This document shows, piece by piece, positions 32,736-47,172 of a DNA stretch of 64,000 nucleotides. The position numbers and the translations under genes were made by a program. Position 1 is the stretch's first letter, and the number at the start of each line of letters is the position of its first letter. This DNA is from Candidatus Altimarinota bacterium (GTDB lineage Bacteria > Patescibacteriota > Gracilibacteria > BD1-5 > UBA6164), in contig JANJUN010000023.1 in assembly GCA_024710565.1 (NCBI GenBank), positions 12,909-76,908 of the forward strand, written 5' to 3'. Under the pieces are notes generated by a model. That model was given only the letters and a program-made list of their open reading frames with translations, did no database searches and was not told the DNA's origin.

Positions 32736-34115
32736 TTAATCAATTTTTGAATTATTTCAGATATCATCCCAGGCAAAATTAGCTCAAAAAAATGATGCTT
32801 TTTCAAATTTTCCATTTACTATTTCTCAGTATTTCATCACATATTGTTGTCCGGATTCATTTTCTCTCACAGCTCAAAAATATACATTTATTTTTCCTTC
32901 CTCTAATGCTAAGCTAAAAACTTCTGCTCATTTTTTATTCTGAATTTCTTGAGGGAGATTTTTCCAATCTGGAAGCTCTAATGATAAAGATTTTTTCAAT
33001 TTTTCATATGACTCTTGTGTCTCAATAGTCACTCCATTTATTAAAAAATCTGGCGATATTTTTTCACTTATACCCTCTTGAGGAGTTCTATTTTCTGTTC
33101 AAACTGATTCTTTTATTGTTCCTGTTGACTTATCACCATTCATTTTATCTTTTTGTATACCTTCTGGTTTTTTTTCTACCAATACTCCATCTTTTAATAT
33201 ATATCACATTTTATCAAGAGTTTCTGGTCATGCTTTTCCATCTATCACAATATCATTGAGTGCTTGAAATGCTCTAATAGCATCTACTGTTTTTGGTCAT
33301 ACTTTTCCATCTAATTCATTTCCAGTAAATCATAGGTTCTGTTGAATAGTTTTTATTTGTTCAGGAGTATATCTTCTGTTATATTGAATAGCCTCTTGTA
33401 ATTTTGTTTGTTCTGGAGTTAATGCAACCTGTTCTGGTTTTTGTGTTGATGAAGTCACTTCTACGTTTGACGGAGCATCTTGTGACTCAGGAGTTTCTAT
33501 TTTTTTAGGATCTACTGAGATATTTTGCGACACTTCTTCTGGAGTAGGAATTAAAGGAGCATGTGATAGAGAAACACCCCTCATATCAACGCCATTATTA
33601 TTTCTAAGATCATCGTCAAATTGAAAGGTATCAAGAAAAGTTTTTTTGGTATATACTCCATCCATAAGTGAAAATTTTCCTAATAAATCTGTATTTGACG
33701 TTGCCGTTCTAATATAAGATTGTCTTGTATAGAGCTCTAAATTATTATCTTTTGTAAGTACCACTGAAAAAAGCGCTGTATCATACTTATCAGCAACTGC
33801 TTTCATAGCTTGATATTCTGGAATTTTATATTCTGAATTAATGAGTTGTAATGTTTTTTCAAGTACTCAATAATCTTCTGCATTTGCTACAGTATATCCT
33901 TTTTTAAGAGATTCTTGAAGAAGTTGTACTACTTGAGTTTTTGTCTCTTGTATGTATGATGCTTTTTCTGCCTGATACAATCCAACTAACTCATCAATAG
34001 CTTTTTTATCCGCTCCATCTAATCTTTTATCTGAAGAAATAGTTTTTACTAATTCATTAAAATTTTGTACTTTATTTATTACTTCTGATGGATTTTGTTG
34101 TAGTGCGTCTGACAT
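32736..34115 (-). CDS. Paralog family member C with PG-binding domain (mirror copy)
   Basis: Mirror of 18456..19835. Confidence 0.65.
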
Positions 34116-34235
34116 ATAATTATTATTAAAAATTAAACTCTTTGAAATTGTACCATACTTTCTTTTCTTTTACAAAAAATTATCATTTTTATAAAAAATC
34201 ACTATAATCTCAAAAATTATTTTTAACCTAGATTT

Positions 34236-35723
34236 ATGAAAATACACTACCTATGACACTCTGAATTTCTTATTGAAATAAAAAATTCTACGTGAGAAAC
34301 GATAAAAATACTCTCTGATGCTTGGCTTTCAAATTATGCTTTTGGTGATATGATGGCTAGATATCCAAAAATCGAAATTGATTATGAAAAACTGGAAATT
34401 GACGCTATATTTTTAAGTCACTCCCACTCAGACCATCTTGACCCATACACTCTTGCAAAAATTTATGAAAATCTAAAACCAAGACCCCTCCTTTTAATTC
34501 CTGAAACTTTATTATTTTTAGTTCCTTTATTTGAAAAACATCTTCCAAAACAAAAAATTCAAATATTAAAATCATGAGTTACTTTTAACTTAAAATGAAT
34601 TGATATAACTGGTATCATTTTTGAAAATAATTATTTGACCAATGAAGATGATGTCATGACTTTAGCCATTTCAAATGAAACCGAACTTTTATATACTGAC
34701 GTTGATACGGTTCCTCCAGAAAATGAAGAATCCATCAATATGCTGTATGATTTATTTACCGCAAAAAATTATGAACAAGCACTTTATATGAGTACAAGAA
34801 ATGAGCTTCCAGGAAATTTCAAAATAATTGAAGCTAAAAGTACAGAGGAAAGAAAAAATATTTTAAAAGAATATACCACTCAAAGAATAGAAGAAATCGA
34901 ATATAATTATTTCCGTTTTGAGGAAGATTTTATTGAGTGTAGTGATATTCAGGAGCTTCCCTATTTTATGAAATCAGTTATCGGACAATGAATTGTCGCA
35001 CCAAATCCTGAATTTTTAAAGCTAAGAATTTTAAAACTTGAGCAAGAAGCAAAACTTGAAAAAAACGCTGCAAAAAAATATGGAAGAAACTTCCCTATCA
35101 CTCATTTTGAAGCTGGAAAAACGTATGAAATCAAAAACAGAAAATTTGAAATATCTTGAAATATTCCATTTTTAAAATCGATAGAAATGCCAAATCCTCA
35201 AACAAATCTAGATTTAGAATTATGGAAAGTTGATAAAGTAGGCCCTCTGGATAAAAGAAAATGAAACTTCAAAGCTCAGGAGCAAAAAATACTCGAAATG
35301 CTCAATAATAAATTTCTTCCTTATCGGATGGCAAATTCTGAAGACAATTTGAAAAATGCTATTTTAACTTCAAAAAATCATAAATATGTCGTAAAAATTA
35401 GATATGGGAATGAGCAAGAATATTTTGAAAGAAATTATTTTTACTCATTTGGAAGTATAAAGTTTGAAGAAGAAAGAGGAAAACATGAGGATTATAACGA
35501 AGATTATTGGGCAAATGATTTAGAGGATTTTCTTGAATGAACTCAAGAACTCTACTCAAATTTTTGGCATAAATTACATCCAAAAAAAACATACAGAGTT
35601 TGGACTATGCTTGGGGCAAACTTTATAAATAATGATATTTTATACAAAAAATTTGCTTTTCATTTTAAAAGAGCCAGTCTTGGGAAAAGTGTTGATAGTT
35701 TTGTGGAAGGATATATAAAATAA
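34236..35723 (+). CDS. MBL-fold metallo-hydrolase with long C-terminal extension (mirror copy)
   Basis: Mirror of 16848..18335. Inter-anchor segments were checked codon by codon on this strand; TAA at 35721..35723. Confidence 0.7.
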
Positions 35724-35747
35724 AAACTCGCTTTCGCGAGTTTTTTA

Positions 35748-36647
35748 CTATTTTGAATCAGATGATGATTCTGAAATAATTCATAAATCTTTTTCTAAAG
35801 CTCCTTTTCTAGTACTTAATTCTCTATATCTATCTTGTTGGCTAAAATCTCTTTGAGTTTCATAAATATTTTCAAGGGGTTTTATCTCAAAAGAAACTTT
35901 AATATATTCATTTATTTGAGTGAGTTTTTCTTTCGCCTCTTTTACATCAGAAAATTCAAATTCTTTTTGTTTTCCCTCAACTACGACTCTGTTGGTTGAA
36001 AATTTTATTTTTCCATTATTTTCGATAGTAAGAATACTTTTTTCTCCTAATCAAAGCATATCTACTTCATAAACACTTTTTTGTCATTCAACTGTCTTTA
36101 ATTTAAATCATGTTTTTTGTAATTCTTCAATTATTTTTTTATCATTTTCTGGAATACTTTGTAAATCAATTCAAGATGAAAAAATATTTTTTACTTTATC
36201 AAAACCTGAGCTAATAAAATCTCAAGTTTTATCAATAAAAGATATTTCTTCTGGTGAAGAAGAGGAAGAAGATTTTCATGGTGCAACCGAAGATGGTTCT
36301 TGTGGTGGAGTTGATTCTGAAGGAACTAAAGTTTCATCTTTTGATAATGACTCTCCAACAGGAATTTCGCTTGTTTGTGATACTGCTGCACTCTGAGAGT
36401 TTAGTGATTTTTCTAAATGCGCCTGAAATCCGGTATATCCGTAGGTTTTTGCAAAATCTTTTAGATTTTGAATCGCTTGATTATGAATATTTTGTTTCTC
36501 TTTATTCATTTCTTTTATCAAAGCTAAAATTTCACCTCTTTCTTTTTGATTCAATCTTTTATCAGCTAAAGCGGTTTCAACTATTTGATTAAAATCTTTT
36601 TTAGATTCAACTTTTGGAATCTCGTGTAGAGCTGGTACTTCTGCCAT
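35748..36647 (-). CDS. Paralog family member B (mirror copy)
   Basis: Mirror of 15924..16823. Confidence 0.6.
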
Positions 36648-36700
36648 ATTTTTAATATTATATTATAAATTTGTTTTTATTTTTTATTTGGTGGTTTCTT

Positions 36701-37252
36701 TTATTTTTCGCTCATATCAAAGCGATTATTATTATGTAAAAGGTCAAATTGATACTGCGTAATCAAATTTTCTTGAGTAAAACGACCGTCTTCTAAAGAA
36801 ATATCTCCCATAAAACTCAAAGCTTCTACTCTCTTATTTCTTGTAATTTCTTGAGGAAGTTTTGCGTACAATTTCAAAAGATTTCCCTGTTTATCATAGC
36901 TGATCGAAAAAAAACTTTTTCCTGTTCTATCCGCTATATGTTGTAGTATTTTATATTCTGGTAGTATTTGTTTTTTTCACAAAAGAGAAAGTAGTTTCGT
37001 CAATACCTCATAATCTTCTTGGGTTTCAACGGTAAATCCATCTGCCAAACTTTGCTCTATATGAGCCAATAATTTTTCCTTGGTTTGAGATATAACTCAT
37101 TGCTTTTCTTGAGAAAATTCTCTTTCAAGAGCTCTCACCTCTGGTAAATCCATTCTGTCCACTCTTTTATCATAAGCAGTTTTTTGTATCAGTTCATCAG
37201 GAGATACTTTTGGTGTAGATTGGTTAAAATCTTTTGTATTTATTTCAGACAT
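36701..37252 (-). CDS. Paralog family member A (mirror copy)
   Basis: Mirror of 15319..15870. Confidence 0.6.
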
Positions 37253-37340
37253 AATAGTATTTGGTAATAAATAAGTTACCTGTGAAGTATATCACAATTT
37301 TATTTATTATGCAAAAATTGAGTGGTACAAAAAATTTTTT

Positions 37341-39722
37341 TTAATGATATACAATACTACTTTCTTGCTTGTTTATAGACTTTACTTCCATCAAGTTCGT
37401 AGCTAATTCCTTCATTTCTTCTGCATGAGAAATAAGAATAATTTGAGAAAATTTATTTTCTAATCTTTTGAGATGAATTAAAATATTTTGTTGTCTGTCT
37501 CTGTCTTGACTAGCAAGAATTTCATCTAAAACTAAAAAATTGATTGGATTTCATTTATGGCTGGTAAGATTTTGCCCTAAACTGAGACGAAAACAAAGGT
37601 TTGCTAAATCCCTTTCTCCCCCACTATATAAATCAAGATTTTTTTCATCTATCATGATATTATAATCATCATCCAAAGTTAATGTAGTATATTTTCCATC
37701 AGTAATAAGAGAAAAATATTCACTTGCTACATCCTCAATACGTGGCTTCATATAAGCTAAAAGATAGAGAATATAATCCGATAAAATTTGTTTTTTTAAT
37801 AAAATATCTGAACTCTCTCAAACCAAAATATCAATTTGTTTTTTATCTTGTAAAAAAATTTGCTCTTGTTGAAATAGTAACTTCATATCAAATTCGAAAG
37901 CTAGTTTTACCTTTTCTATCTCACTTATTTGAGTATTTATATGATGAAGTTTTTGATTTCATTCTTCAAAATCCTTTTGAATATTCTCATATTCTTCTTG
38001 AGAAAATCCAATATGGGATAATTTTTTTTCTCCCTCTAGGATTTCCTTTTGAATACGTTTTGTATCTTGAAGTGCGGTATCAATAAAATGAAGAATTTCT
38101 TGTTTTTTTACCACCTGTCAAGAGATTTTATTGTATTCTTGAAAAACCTGATTTATTTGTTCAAACTCTATTTGTATTTTTTTATGATTTTCTTCTTTAT
38201 AATGGACATCTTTCAAAGAAGAAAGTTTTTGAGATATATCTGTTATCACCTTGGTATAATTCTGAATTTGATTATACGATAATAATATTTCTTTTTCTAA
38301 ATTTTGAAGTAAATGAAGTTGATTTTTTGACGTAAGTAAGTCTTTTTCATCCTGTTGTATTTCTGATATAATTTTAGTAAGATCATTTTGTTTTGTTTTA
38401 TAGGCATCTCTTTTTTCTTGTAAATCTTTTTCAAAGAGAATAACCAGATTTGGAAAATCTTTCTTAAGCGGCCTTTTACAAGTAGGACAAGATGCGTCTT
38501 GTCATAAGTTTTGCAAAAGTTCTAATTCTTTCCCGAGTTCCTGTCAAAGATTTTTGAGTTGTAATAATTCTGTTTCGAGAGTAGATTTTAGTGAAATATT
38601 TTTTTGTATATTTTTTTGGAAAAGCTCTATGTCTTTTTGAGAAAGTTCTATATCTTCTTTTATTTTTTCTTGAGTATTTTGTTCTATTTTCTGTTGTATT
38701 TTTTCTCTTTCTTGCTGATTTTTTTTGAGCTCTTCTTCTAAATCTCTTTTTATTTTATCTTGATTTTTCAGAGTTTCTTGTTGTAAAATTATCGTGTCAT
38801 ATTTTTGTTTCTCCAAAAGAATATTTTTATTTTCTTGCAAATATTTCTCTTTTTTTTCTATTTCAAGAAGTTCAACTTGCTTATCAAGAATATTTTTTCA
38901 AAGATTTTTCAATTGCTCTTTTTTTACAGAAAGATCGGTTCCTAATTGAGTAAATGCATTTTTTTTCTCTAAAATTTGCTCAAAAGAAAGTTTTATTTTT
39001 TCATATTGTAAAAGATTTTCTTGTCTTTGTGTTTGTGATTTTTTATAGATTTCTTCTGTATGGGTGATTTGTTTTTGGATTTCTTCTTTTTTTGTATTGA
39101 GTGAAGTTACATCAAAATCTCACACCTTTTTTTTATAGATTTCTAAAAGCGTTTTTTTCTCTTTTTCTTCTTTTTTTAATTGTTCTATAATCTCCTCTAT
39201 TCTATCTAATCCAAGAATCTTATTGATCAGTTCCTTTCTTTGGGAAAGTCATCAAGATAATACTTCGAGATCTTTTTGTTTAGCAAACACACTTCTAAGA
39301 AACATTTCTTTGTTGACTCAAATGAGATCTTCGATATAACGATTGATTTCATCTCATCCAATAATTTCTAATCCCTCTGGTCCTGTGAGAGTATCTTTAT
39401 TTTCTATAATAAAATCAGAAGCAAATTTTTTTGTTCCTGCATCAATAATTCTGACAATTTTATAGTCTCACAGACCATACTGAAATTGAAGTTCTATCTT
39501 TGATGGTTCTCTATCACGCAAAAAATCACTTCTGAGATGTTCCCTACTCACTCTTACAAAATCCTTACTACTTGGTCAAAAAAGTGCATATCAAATAGCG
39601 TCTAAAAGAGATGATTTTCCGCTACCATTTTTTCAAAAAATTAACGAAAAATCATCCCTAAAATTGATTTCTTCTTGGCGGAATCTACGATAGTGTAATA
39701 ATTTAAGAGAAAGTATTTTCAT
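37341..39722 (-). CDS. SbcC/Rad50-family ATPase (mirror copy)
   Basis: Mirror of 12849..15230. Confidence 0.85.
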
Positions 39723-39822
39723 TGAAACAAGCTAAAAAATAATTGAAAAAAATTATATATTTTTTTTCAAAAAATGCAATTTCTCTTCAAAAGAGAGAAT
39801 AAAAAAATAGAATGTCTCCATT

Positions 39823-39978
39823 CTATTTTTTATTCTTTTGCAAAATAACTCATACTTTCCCTTGTATTTTTCTCTTCATTGCATCTTGTTGTTTCTTTAT
39901 CGCGTCTTGTCTTGCTAATTCTTCGGCTTGTTTCGGAGTATATCAAATGACCCATCAACGAGGTTTATCTCATACCAT
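39823..39978 (-). CDS. Possible small protein (mirror copy)
   Basis: Mirror of 12593..12748. Confidence 0.3.
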
Positions 39979-40072
39979 ACTAAAAAAGTTAAACAATAAT
40001 GTATGGTGAATAATATATTTAAATAAAAAAATGCAAATCTTTTTTGCATTTTTTTATTTTTATCGTGAAATA

Positions 40073-41251
40073 TTAGATTTTTTTTAAAATAATTTGTTTT
40101 AAATCCTCTATTCCTTCTCATAAATAGGTAGATATAAAAAGTGGATTGAGATAAGAAAATTTATTTTTTAATTCTCCTAAATACTCTTTTGAAATCATAT
40201 CTATTTTTTTAAAAAAATATTTTTTTTTTTGTGTCGATCATATTTTTTTCAAAATATCATCAACGACTTGGATTTTTTCCTCAAGTTTTGGGTCGCTAGC
40301 ATCTATCACATGAAGCAAAATATTGGATTCAATACTATCTTCGAGAGTAGAAGCAAATGCCTGAATGAGGTTGGGTGGAAGATCTCTGATAAACCCAATC
40401 GTATCATTGATAAGAACATCTTTTTGTTTGAGAAATATTCCTGATTCATCAAAGTGATTTTCGATATACATCTTTCCCACAGAAGTTCCAAGGGTCGCAA
40501 AGAGTTTATTTTCAGCTAATACTCATTTTCCAGTTAATACATTCATAAGACTTGATTTTCAAGCATTAGTGTATCATACGATTCCAACCGTACTCATTCC
40601 TCTTTTATTTCTTGATTTTCTGTGTTCTGCTCTTACTTTTTTATATTGTTCGAGTTCTTTTTTTATATGTATTTCCCTTTCTTTCAAATGTCTTTTCATG
40701 ATTTCTGTGTTGGTTTCTCATTTTCATCTGGAAAGTTTTGAACCTCCACTTCACTGACTTCCGAGTTCTTCACTCATACCAAAAATACGTGGTCACATAT
40801 GTTTTATGGAGGCAAGTTCTATTTGAAGTCTTGATTCCATCGTTTTGGCATTTTTTTCAAATATTTTTAAAATGAGGTCTATTCTATCCCAAGCTTTTGC
40901 TCCGATAGTTTTGAGTTTTTCATTGATATTATATATTTGAATGGGTTTTAAAATATTTCAAAGTATGAGTAAGTTAGCATTTTGTTCTTGCATTTCTTGC
41001 ATAATTTCTTCGAGTTTTCCTCCTCAAATATAATTTTTATAATCAGGAGTTCCTCTTTTTTGAACGTGTTGTAAAATTACTACTCATCCATAGGTATTTA
41101 CCAGATTTTCTACTTCTATCATACGAGCCTTCATATCTTCTTCATTTCTATTTTCAAGTGCGAGTACATCAGCGATAAATACTCTTAATTCGCCATTTTG
41201 ATATTCAAGGTTTTGTTGTAATTGTTCCAGTTCTCTTAAGTTTTTGGTCAT
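40073..41251 (-). CDS. hflX: GTPase HflX (mirror copy)
   Basis: Mirror of 11320..12498. Confidence 0.9.
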
Positions 41252-41454
41252 AATTTTTATATTATAGAATACTAAAAATATAAATCTTTTTTAAAGATTT
41301 ATTTTGATTATTTTATTTTTTGAAAGTGTTTTTTTAGAATTACCAAATTCTAGCGATACATTTCAAATGAAGAAATATTGTTCTCATGATAGTGATGATA
41401 AGTGATAAAGTAAGGTTTGAGAGTATTTTAACTTTTTTATATAAAAATACAAAT

Positions 41455-42234
41455 TTAAATCACCTTCCTCAAACCTTCCCCTATAAAAAGACCTCCATTT
41501 TTCTTGATAATATCTAAAAATATTTCGTATAATTTTGTATCAATATGTTTTGAAATTTCCTTGAGACGATTAAACGCCATACCATATTTAAGTTCTCCAA
41601 TAATATAAAAGTGCTCAGTTTGAAAGAATTTTCCATATTTTTTAATTGCCTTAGAAAGCAGTTCTATATCTATCCCCTCCATACTATCTGAGATAAGTGC
41701 CGTTTCTACCAAAGCCAATTCTAAAGCAGATATCTTAAATGTGGTAGATTCTATTGCTACGGATTTCGTCAATTTTGAGAGCTTTTGAAAGAGATTCACT
41801 TTTCACGCAGAAATGGTTTTAAAAATGATTTGGTAATTTCATATCATCACTTTTTTATTTATTTTTCTATTGACGATAATAATTTTTTCTGGAATAGAAA
41901 AATTTTTTAAGTGTATTTCAAGAGATTTTTTCCCAGAAATAAAATATTCACTTCCAACATTTTCAGCTATGTACTTTTTCACAAAGGCAAAATAATACTT
42001 TTCTATCAGGTCGATTTCATTTAATTTTTCATCAAATCTATCTGGTATAATATAGACTCCATTACGAATCGTTTTTATGACATTTTTAGACTTTAAAAGG
42101 TAGATAGTTTTATTGACTAAAGTCATATATTCAGGCTTTTTTTCTGGGTCAATAATTTCAAAAATATCATCTTTAAAAATTACTTTTCATCATTTTTTTA
42201 ACAGTTTATTAACAATTTTGTCAAAAGTTATCAT
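41455..42234 (-). CDS. AbiEi-like wHTH protein (mirror copy)
   Basis: Mirror of 10337..11116. Confidence 0.45.
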
Positions 42235-42381
42235 AGTTATATTTTGTTATTTTTAAGCTAAAATCATTCTATAATAATTATAGAGTTTTTACTATAAAAA
42301 TCAAATATTTTTTACTATAAAAATTAGATACTTTTAAATAAGCAACCAAATAAAAAACATATTTCTAAAGAAATATGTTTT

Positions 42382-43314
42382 TTATTTGGTTGCTTTATAT
42401 TTATCACTCTGAATATCATCTCTTTGCACAAAAGTCATTTGGTTAAATGCGACTAATATTCATGCTTGTTTAAATGCTAAATTAAGAGTTTCTATCACAT
42501 TAGAACGAATCGTAAATACCTTATCTCTTGATTTCATCCGGAAAAGTACTTTTACAACCACCCCATTTTCACTTAATCCTGTAAGCCATATTTTATGTTC
42601 TGGTTTTTCTATTATTCCAGGAACACTTCCTATTACTTTATCAATAATGAGTTTTGCTTTTGGAATATCGGCTGTGTAATCAAGGGTAAATTCTACTTCA
42701 AATCTTCTGCTTTCATTGATATATAAGTTAGAAAATGAGTCTTGTAAAAATTTAATATTTGGTATAAAACTCTTCACTCCATTGAGTTTTTTTACTTCAG
42801 TAAAAAGTGGATTTACTTTTTCAACCTTTGAAACCTCTCCATTCAGTTCTATCAAATCTCCATTTCTTACGGTTCCTTGTGTAACCATAACAATTCAATA
42901 GATAAAATTAGAAAGAAATATTTGCATAGTAAATCAGATTCAAAAACCGATTCATCATAAAAATAATCCCACATTTAATCCCATTACCCCAAACATCAAC
43001 GTAATTCATAAAAACCATACCGTGATATTTATACTTCTACTAATTACCCCATACAGTCATTCCTTTGTTTGATCTCCATCTTTATTATAAGAAGTATAAT
43101 AGGATTCGAGTTTTCCAGAAAGTATCTTTGAAACTAAAAAAGTTGCTATCAGTACAAGAATACCAAAAGCAAAATTTACTAATGCGTCAGTAGAAAGTAT
43201 TTTTGATAAAAAACTCACCCCATGTGAAATTCCAGCATCATTTGATTGAGTATTCGAAGCGAATACTCAATCAGACAATACACTAGAAAATAAAATTATT
43301 AAAAAGTAATACAT
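42382..43314 (-). CDS. MscS-like mechanosensitive channel (mirror copy)
   Basis: Mirror of 9257..10189. Confidence 0.82.
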
Positions 43315-43317
43315 AAA

Positions 43318-45363
43318 TTATTGTAGTCTAAAGTTAAAATTATCTGGAATATGTTCTGCTTTCAGAGCTTGTAAACATTTTACCATATTATTATGCCAAT
43401 TGATTGGAGATGACGCGTAAATCGATCCGGTTTTATTTCCATATCTTGATAATTTACTCATTTCTTTATAATCTCATAAAAATTGATTATTTAAAGTTTT
43501 TGTCATCCGGTATACTCAGCTTCTTGCATTTGGGAATTCCCAGGTTCCTCAACTATCTGTATTCCCAATATTTCAAACATTATACGATGTTTTTAAATTT
43601 TTTCCAAGTCCACTCTCAGCAAGTCCAATACACATAAGGAAACTTGGATCAATATTTCCATCAACTGCTTCCTCTACCCACATATCCCAATTATTAAATT
43701 CACTCGTTGCATATTTTGCAAGTAAATCTTTTTGTCTCTCTATCTCATTTTCTCCTTCTAATTTAAATACCACTATATTTTTGAGTAAATCTCCAGTATA
43801 TTCTTCTCCGTGTCTTTCTTTATAGTCATTTACATATTTATATGCATATTTTTGAACTGGTGGAACTTTATCTTCTGATAATACTGTAAGATCTAAATAA
43901 TTGAGTGGATCAACATATTCTCTATCTTTAAATACTTCAAAATGAAGATGTGGTCCAGTGGTCATAAGTCCAGCCCCATTGGTTCCAACTTCTCCTCAAC
44001 TACGAGCAAAAACGGTTCCTGCTTTAATAAAATCATATTGTGTAAATAATACCTCATTGATATGTCCATAGACACTCACAAATCCATTTGCATGTTTTAG
44101 TACTACATAGGCATACCCCTCATCTGTTGGTTCTTTTACATAAGTTATGTATCCATCTGCTGGTGCAATAATATCAGTTGCCTGTGGAGCAATAATATCA
44201 ATCGCATCATGACTTGCTCAAACAGCGTCTAAGTATGATGGATCTTTATAATACGCACTTATTCATTTTTCTGGTTGTATAGGCCATAAAAACACATTTT
44301 GTTTATTTTGTGAAAATGGTTTGAGTTGTGATTCTAATGTTAAAATCTTATTGAGTTCCATACAATCTTTTTTTGATTTATCATCAATATCTATTAAATA
44401 GACATCATCTGAGAATAATTTTTCATCTAAATAATCACAGTTATATTTCGCTAACAATTCGGATTTTTGATCTTTTAATTTTACCTTATTTTGAATAATT
44501 TTTATTTTAAGAGTCGTATCTACTTTAATTTTTTCTTTTACATATTGAGTAAAAAGTTCTTCTTGTCCTTTTGTATAATCAAGGATTTTTTCTCTAAATT
44601 CTTTTTTTTCCTGAAGAGATTTTTTCTTTATCAATTCTTGAGTTTTTGAGAGTTTTACATTTTTATTCTTTTTTTCTAAATCAAGTTTTTTTACAAATAA
44701 TTCTTTTACTAATTTTCTATATTGTTCCACTAAAGATTGTCCAGTTATTTCAAGTACCGAAGTAAAATGAAGTTCTGAAAGAATATCTCCCAAGCTTCCA
44801 TCTGACAATAACACCGTTTTAAGTGAGTCAATATCTTTATATTCTCCTGAATAGAGTACATTTTGTTTTTTATAAATATGTGCAATATAATCCAAAAGAA
44901 TCTTTCTTGATTCATATATTTCTTTATTTTTTACATCTATCTCTTGTTTTGTACTCGCTATTTCTGAGTATAATGCAACGATATTACGACTTAAGGATAA
45001 AATCTCTTGTTTTGTTTTTTCAATATCCGCATCTATAAGAGCAATAGCATCTTCTAAATTCGTTACTCTATCTGAAATAACCTGTCTTTGAATATCGAGT
45101 TCTTCTTTTTGTTCTTTATTATTATCTCTGATAGTTTCAAACATCATGATTTTATTTTGAGTTTCAAAAAAATTCACATCCTCTTTTAAAAGTCCATTTT
45201 GATTATTATAAATATTATTAAACTGTTCTTGTTTAAAGTTTTCCATGATTTTTCCTCTCACTTGTTTTGAGTAGATAAGTGAATTTGCATATGTTTGTAC
45301 AAATAGAGATTGAGTAAAGATAAAAAGAAGGAAAGTAGTAAGTATTTTTTGTATTGCGTTCAT
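43318..45363 (-). CDS. M23 metallopeptidase with coiled coil and C-terminal muramidase-like region (mirror copy)
   Basis: Mirror of 7208..9253. Confidence 0.85.
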
Positions 45364-45460
45364 AAATTTTATTTTTCTTTTTTAAATAGTAGAGACAAAA
45401 AAATTATATCACATAAAGATAAGAAAATCAAAAAAACCTCTTGACGTTCTGTTATTTTAT

Positions 45461-45829
45461 TTAAAAATTTTGAAACATCATTTCGATAAAAATAAGAATC
45501 AAAATAAAAAGCCCTACTGTCGCAATAGAAAATACTCCAATAATTTTAAATAAAACCACTCCAATAACAAAAAGAGCGACTAAAAATGCTTGTCGTAAAC
45601 TGGAAAAAATATGTGATAAAAATACTTCTCCTCTATAATGAACTTTTTTAAAAAGATACAAAAGCATACTGACAAAAGAAGTAATACATAGTAAAACTGA
45701 AACTCCTAATGTAACAACCGAAACAAATTCATTTCTATAAGGATCTAAATAATGAAAAATAAAAAATAATGTCGTAGTACTTAACAAAAAAATACACAAT
45801 ATGATGAGTAAAAAAAGTTTTTTGGTCAT
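45461..45829 (-). CDS. Small integral membrane protein (mirror copy)
   Basis: Mirror of 6742..7110. Confidence 0.6.
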   Translation of the reverse strand: MTKKLFLLIILCIFLLSTTTLFFIFHYLDPYRNEFVSVVTLGVSVLLCITSFVSMLLYLFKKVHYRGEVFLSHIFSSLRQAFLVALFVIGVVLFKIIGVFSIATVGLFILILIFIEMMFQNF

Positions 45830-45928
45830 AAAAAGAAATTAATACTAAGTTTTCTCTATAATAATAAAATTTGAAAAAAGTAAATAATAAATATAATATC
45901 CTCAATATTTTTATATTTACTTTTTTAT

Positions 45929-46303
45929 ATGAAGAATCCTTTTAGATATTTATGAGAAAAATATGCTTATTTTCAAGCATATTTAGATGATACCGTTTTA
46001 TATACAACAAAAAAATTACAAGAAAAATCAAACGACCAAAAAGATGTAAGCAAAGAAAAACTTGGGAAAAAAGTACTCCACTATACAGGAATCTGACTTT
46101 CAAAAAGTATCGGAGAAGCATTTACCTGATTTTATGAAACCTACAGTGAATTAAAAAAATGAGAAAATCTCGCGCAAACTACTTTTGAAGAAGATATTCC
46201 AAGAATAAAACTCAAAACAAAACTTCTTACTCAAAAAATGAAACTTTTAAGAATAAAAAAATGAAACCTAGAAGATTTAAAACGCTTAAAAGATGAAAAA
46301 TAG
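45929..46303 (+). CDS. Hypothetical protein, 124 aa (mirror copy)
   Basis: Mirror of 6268..6642; translated directly from this strand. TAG at 46301..46303. Confidence 0.5.
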
Positions 46304-46336
46304 AAACTAAAAGTTTCTATTTTTTTATTTTTCTTA

Positions 46337-47152
46337 CTATAATTTCCCCTTTATTCTAATTTTTTCTATATGTAAACATTTTTTTGTTTTTTCATCTATT
46401 TCAACAACACAGCCACTTACCACATAATTTGGATCGAGCGCCTGTTCTATCTTCCCTTTTAAAATCCCCCCAAAAAATCTTGATTTTATTCCCTCAAAAT
46501 CAGCTCATATAATACTATAGAGCGGTCCACTCATTCATACATCTGTTAAAAGTCCACTTCCCTGCGGTAAAATCAACTCATCATTGGTTTGGATGTGAGT
46601 GTGTGTTCCGTAAAGAAAACTTATTTTTCCATCCAAAAACATCCCCATTGCATAGATTTCTGAAGTGGTTTCCCTATGAAAATCGATAATAATTCCATTC
46701 AATCAAGAAGTATCAATCGTCTTTAAAAGTTCATCCATTTTTAAAAAAGGATTATAGACTTCATCTCTCATAAATACTGATGACATAATATTGATAACAA
46801 GAAGTTTTAAACCATTTTTTTCTAATATTTTATATCCTTTTCCTGGAATATATAGATGCTCTGATTCATAATAATTTGCTGGACGAAGGAGTTTAGAGTC
46901 AGGTTTTTCTAAATAATTTTTAATATCATCATAGTTATCAAAAATATGATTTCAAGAAGTATACACATCTATACCTCAGAGTGCATCTAGTTCTTTCATA
47001 TGTTTTTCTATAGGACCTCTTCCCGAAGAAATATTTTCAGGATTTACCAAAACAAAATCTGGATTATATTTTTCTTTTAAAGACAAGAAATGCTTTTTAA
47101 AAGCATTTCTTCCTACTCTTCCATAAATATCTCAAAATATTAAAACTTTCAT
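46337..47152 (-). CDS. ymdB: YmdB-family metallophosphoesterase (mirror copy)
   Basis: Mirror of 5419..6234. Confidence 0.88.
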
Positions 47153-47172
47153 TGTTTTTTAAAATAATTCAA

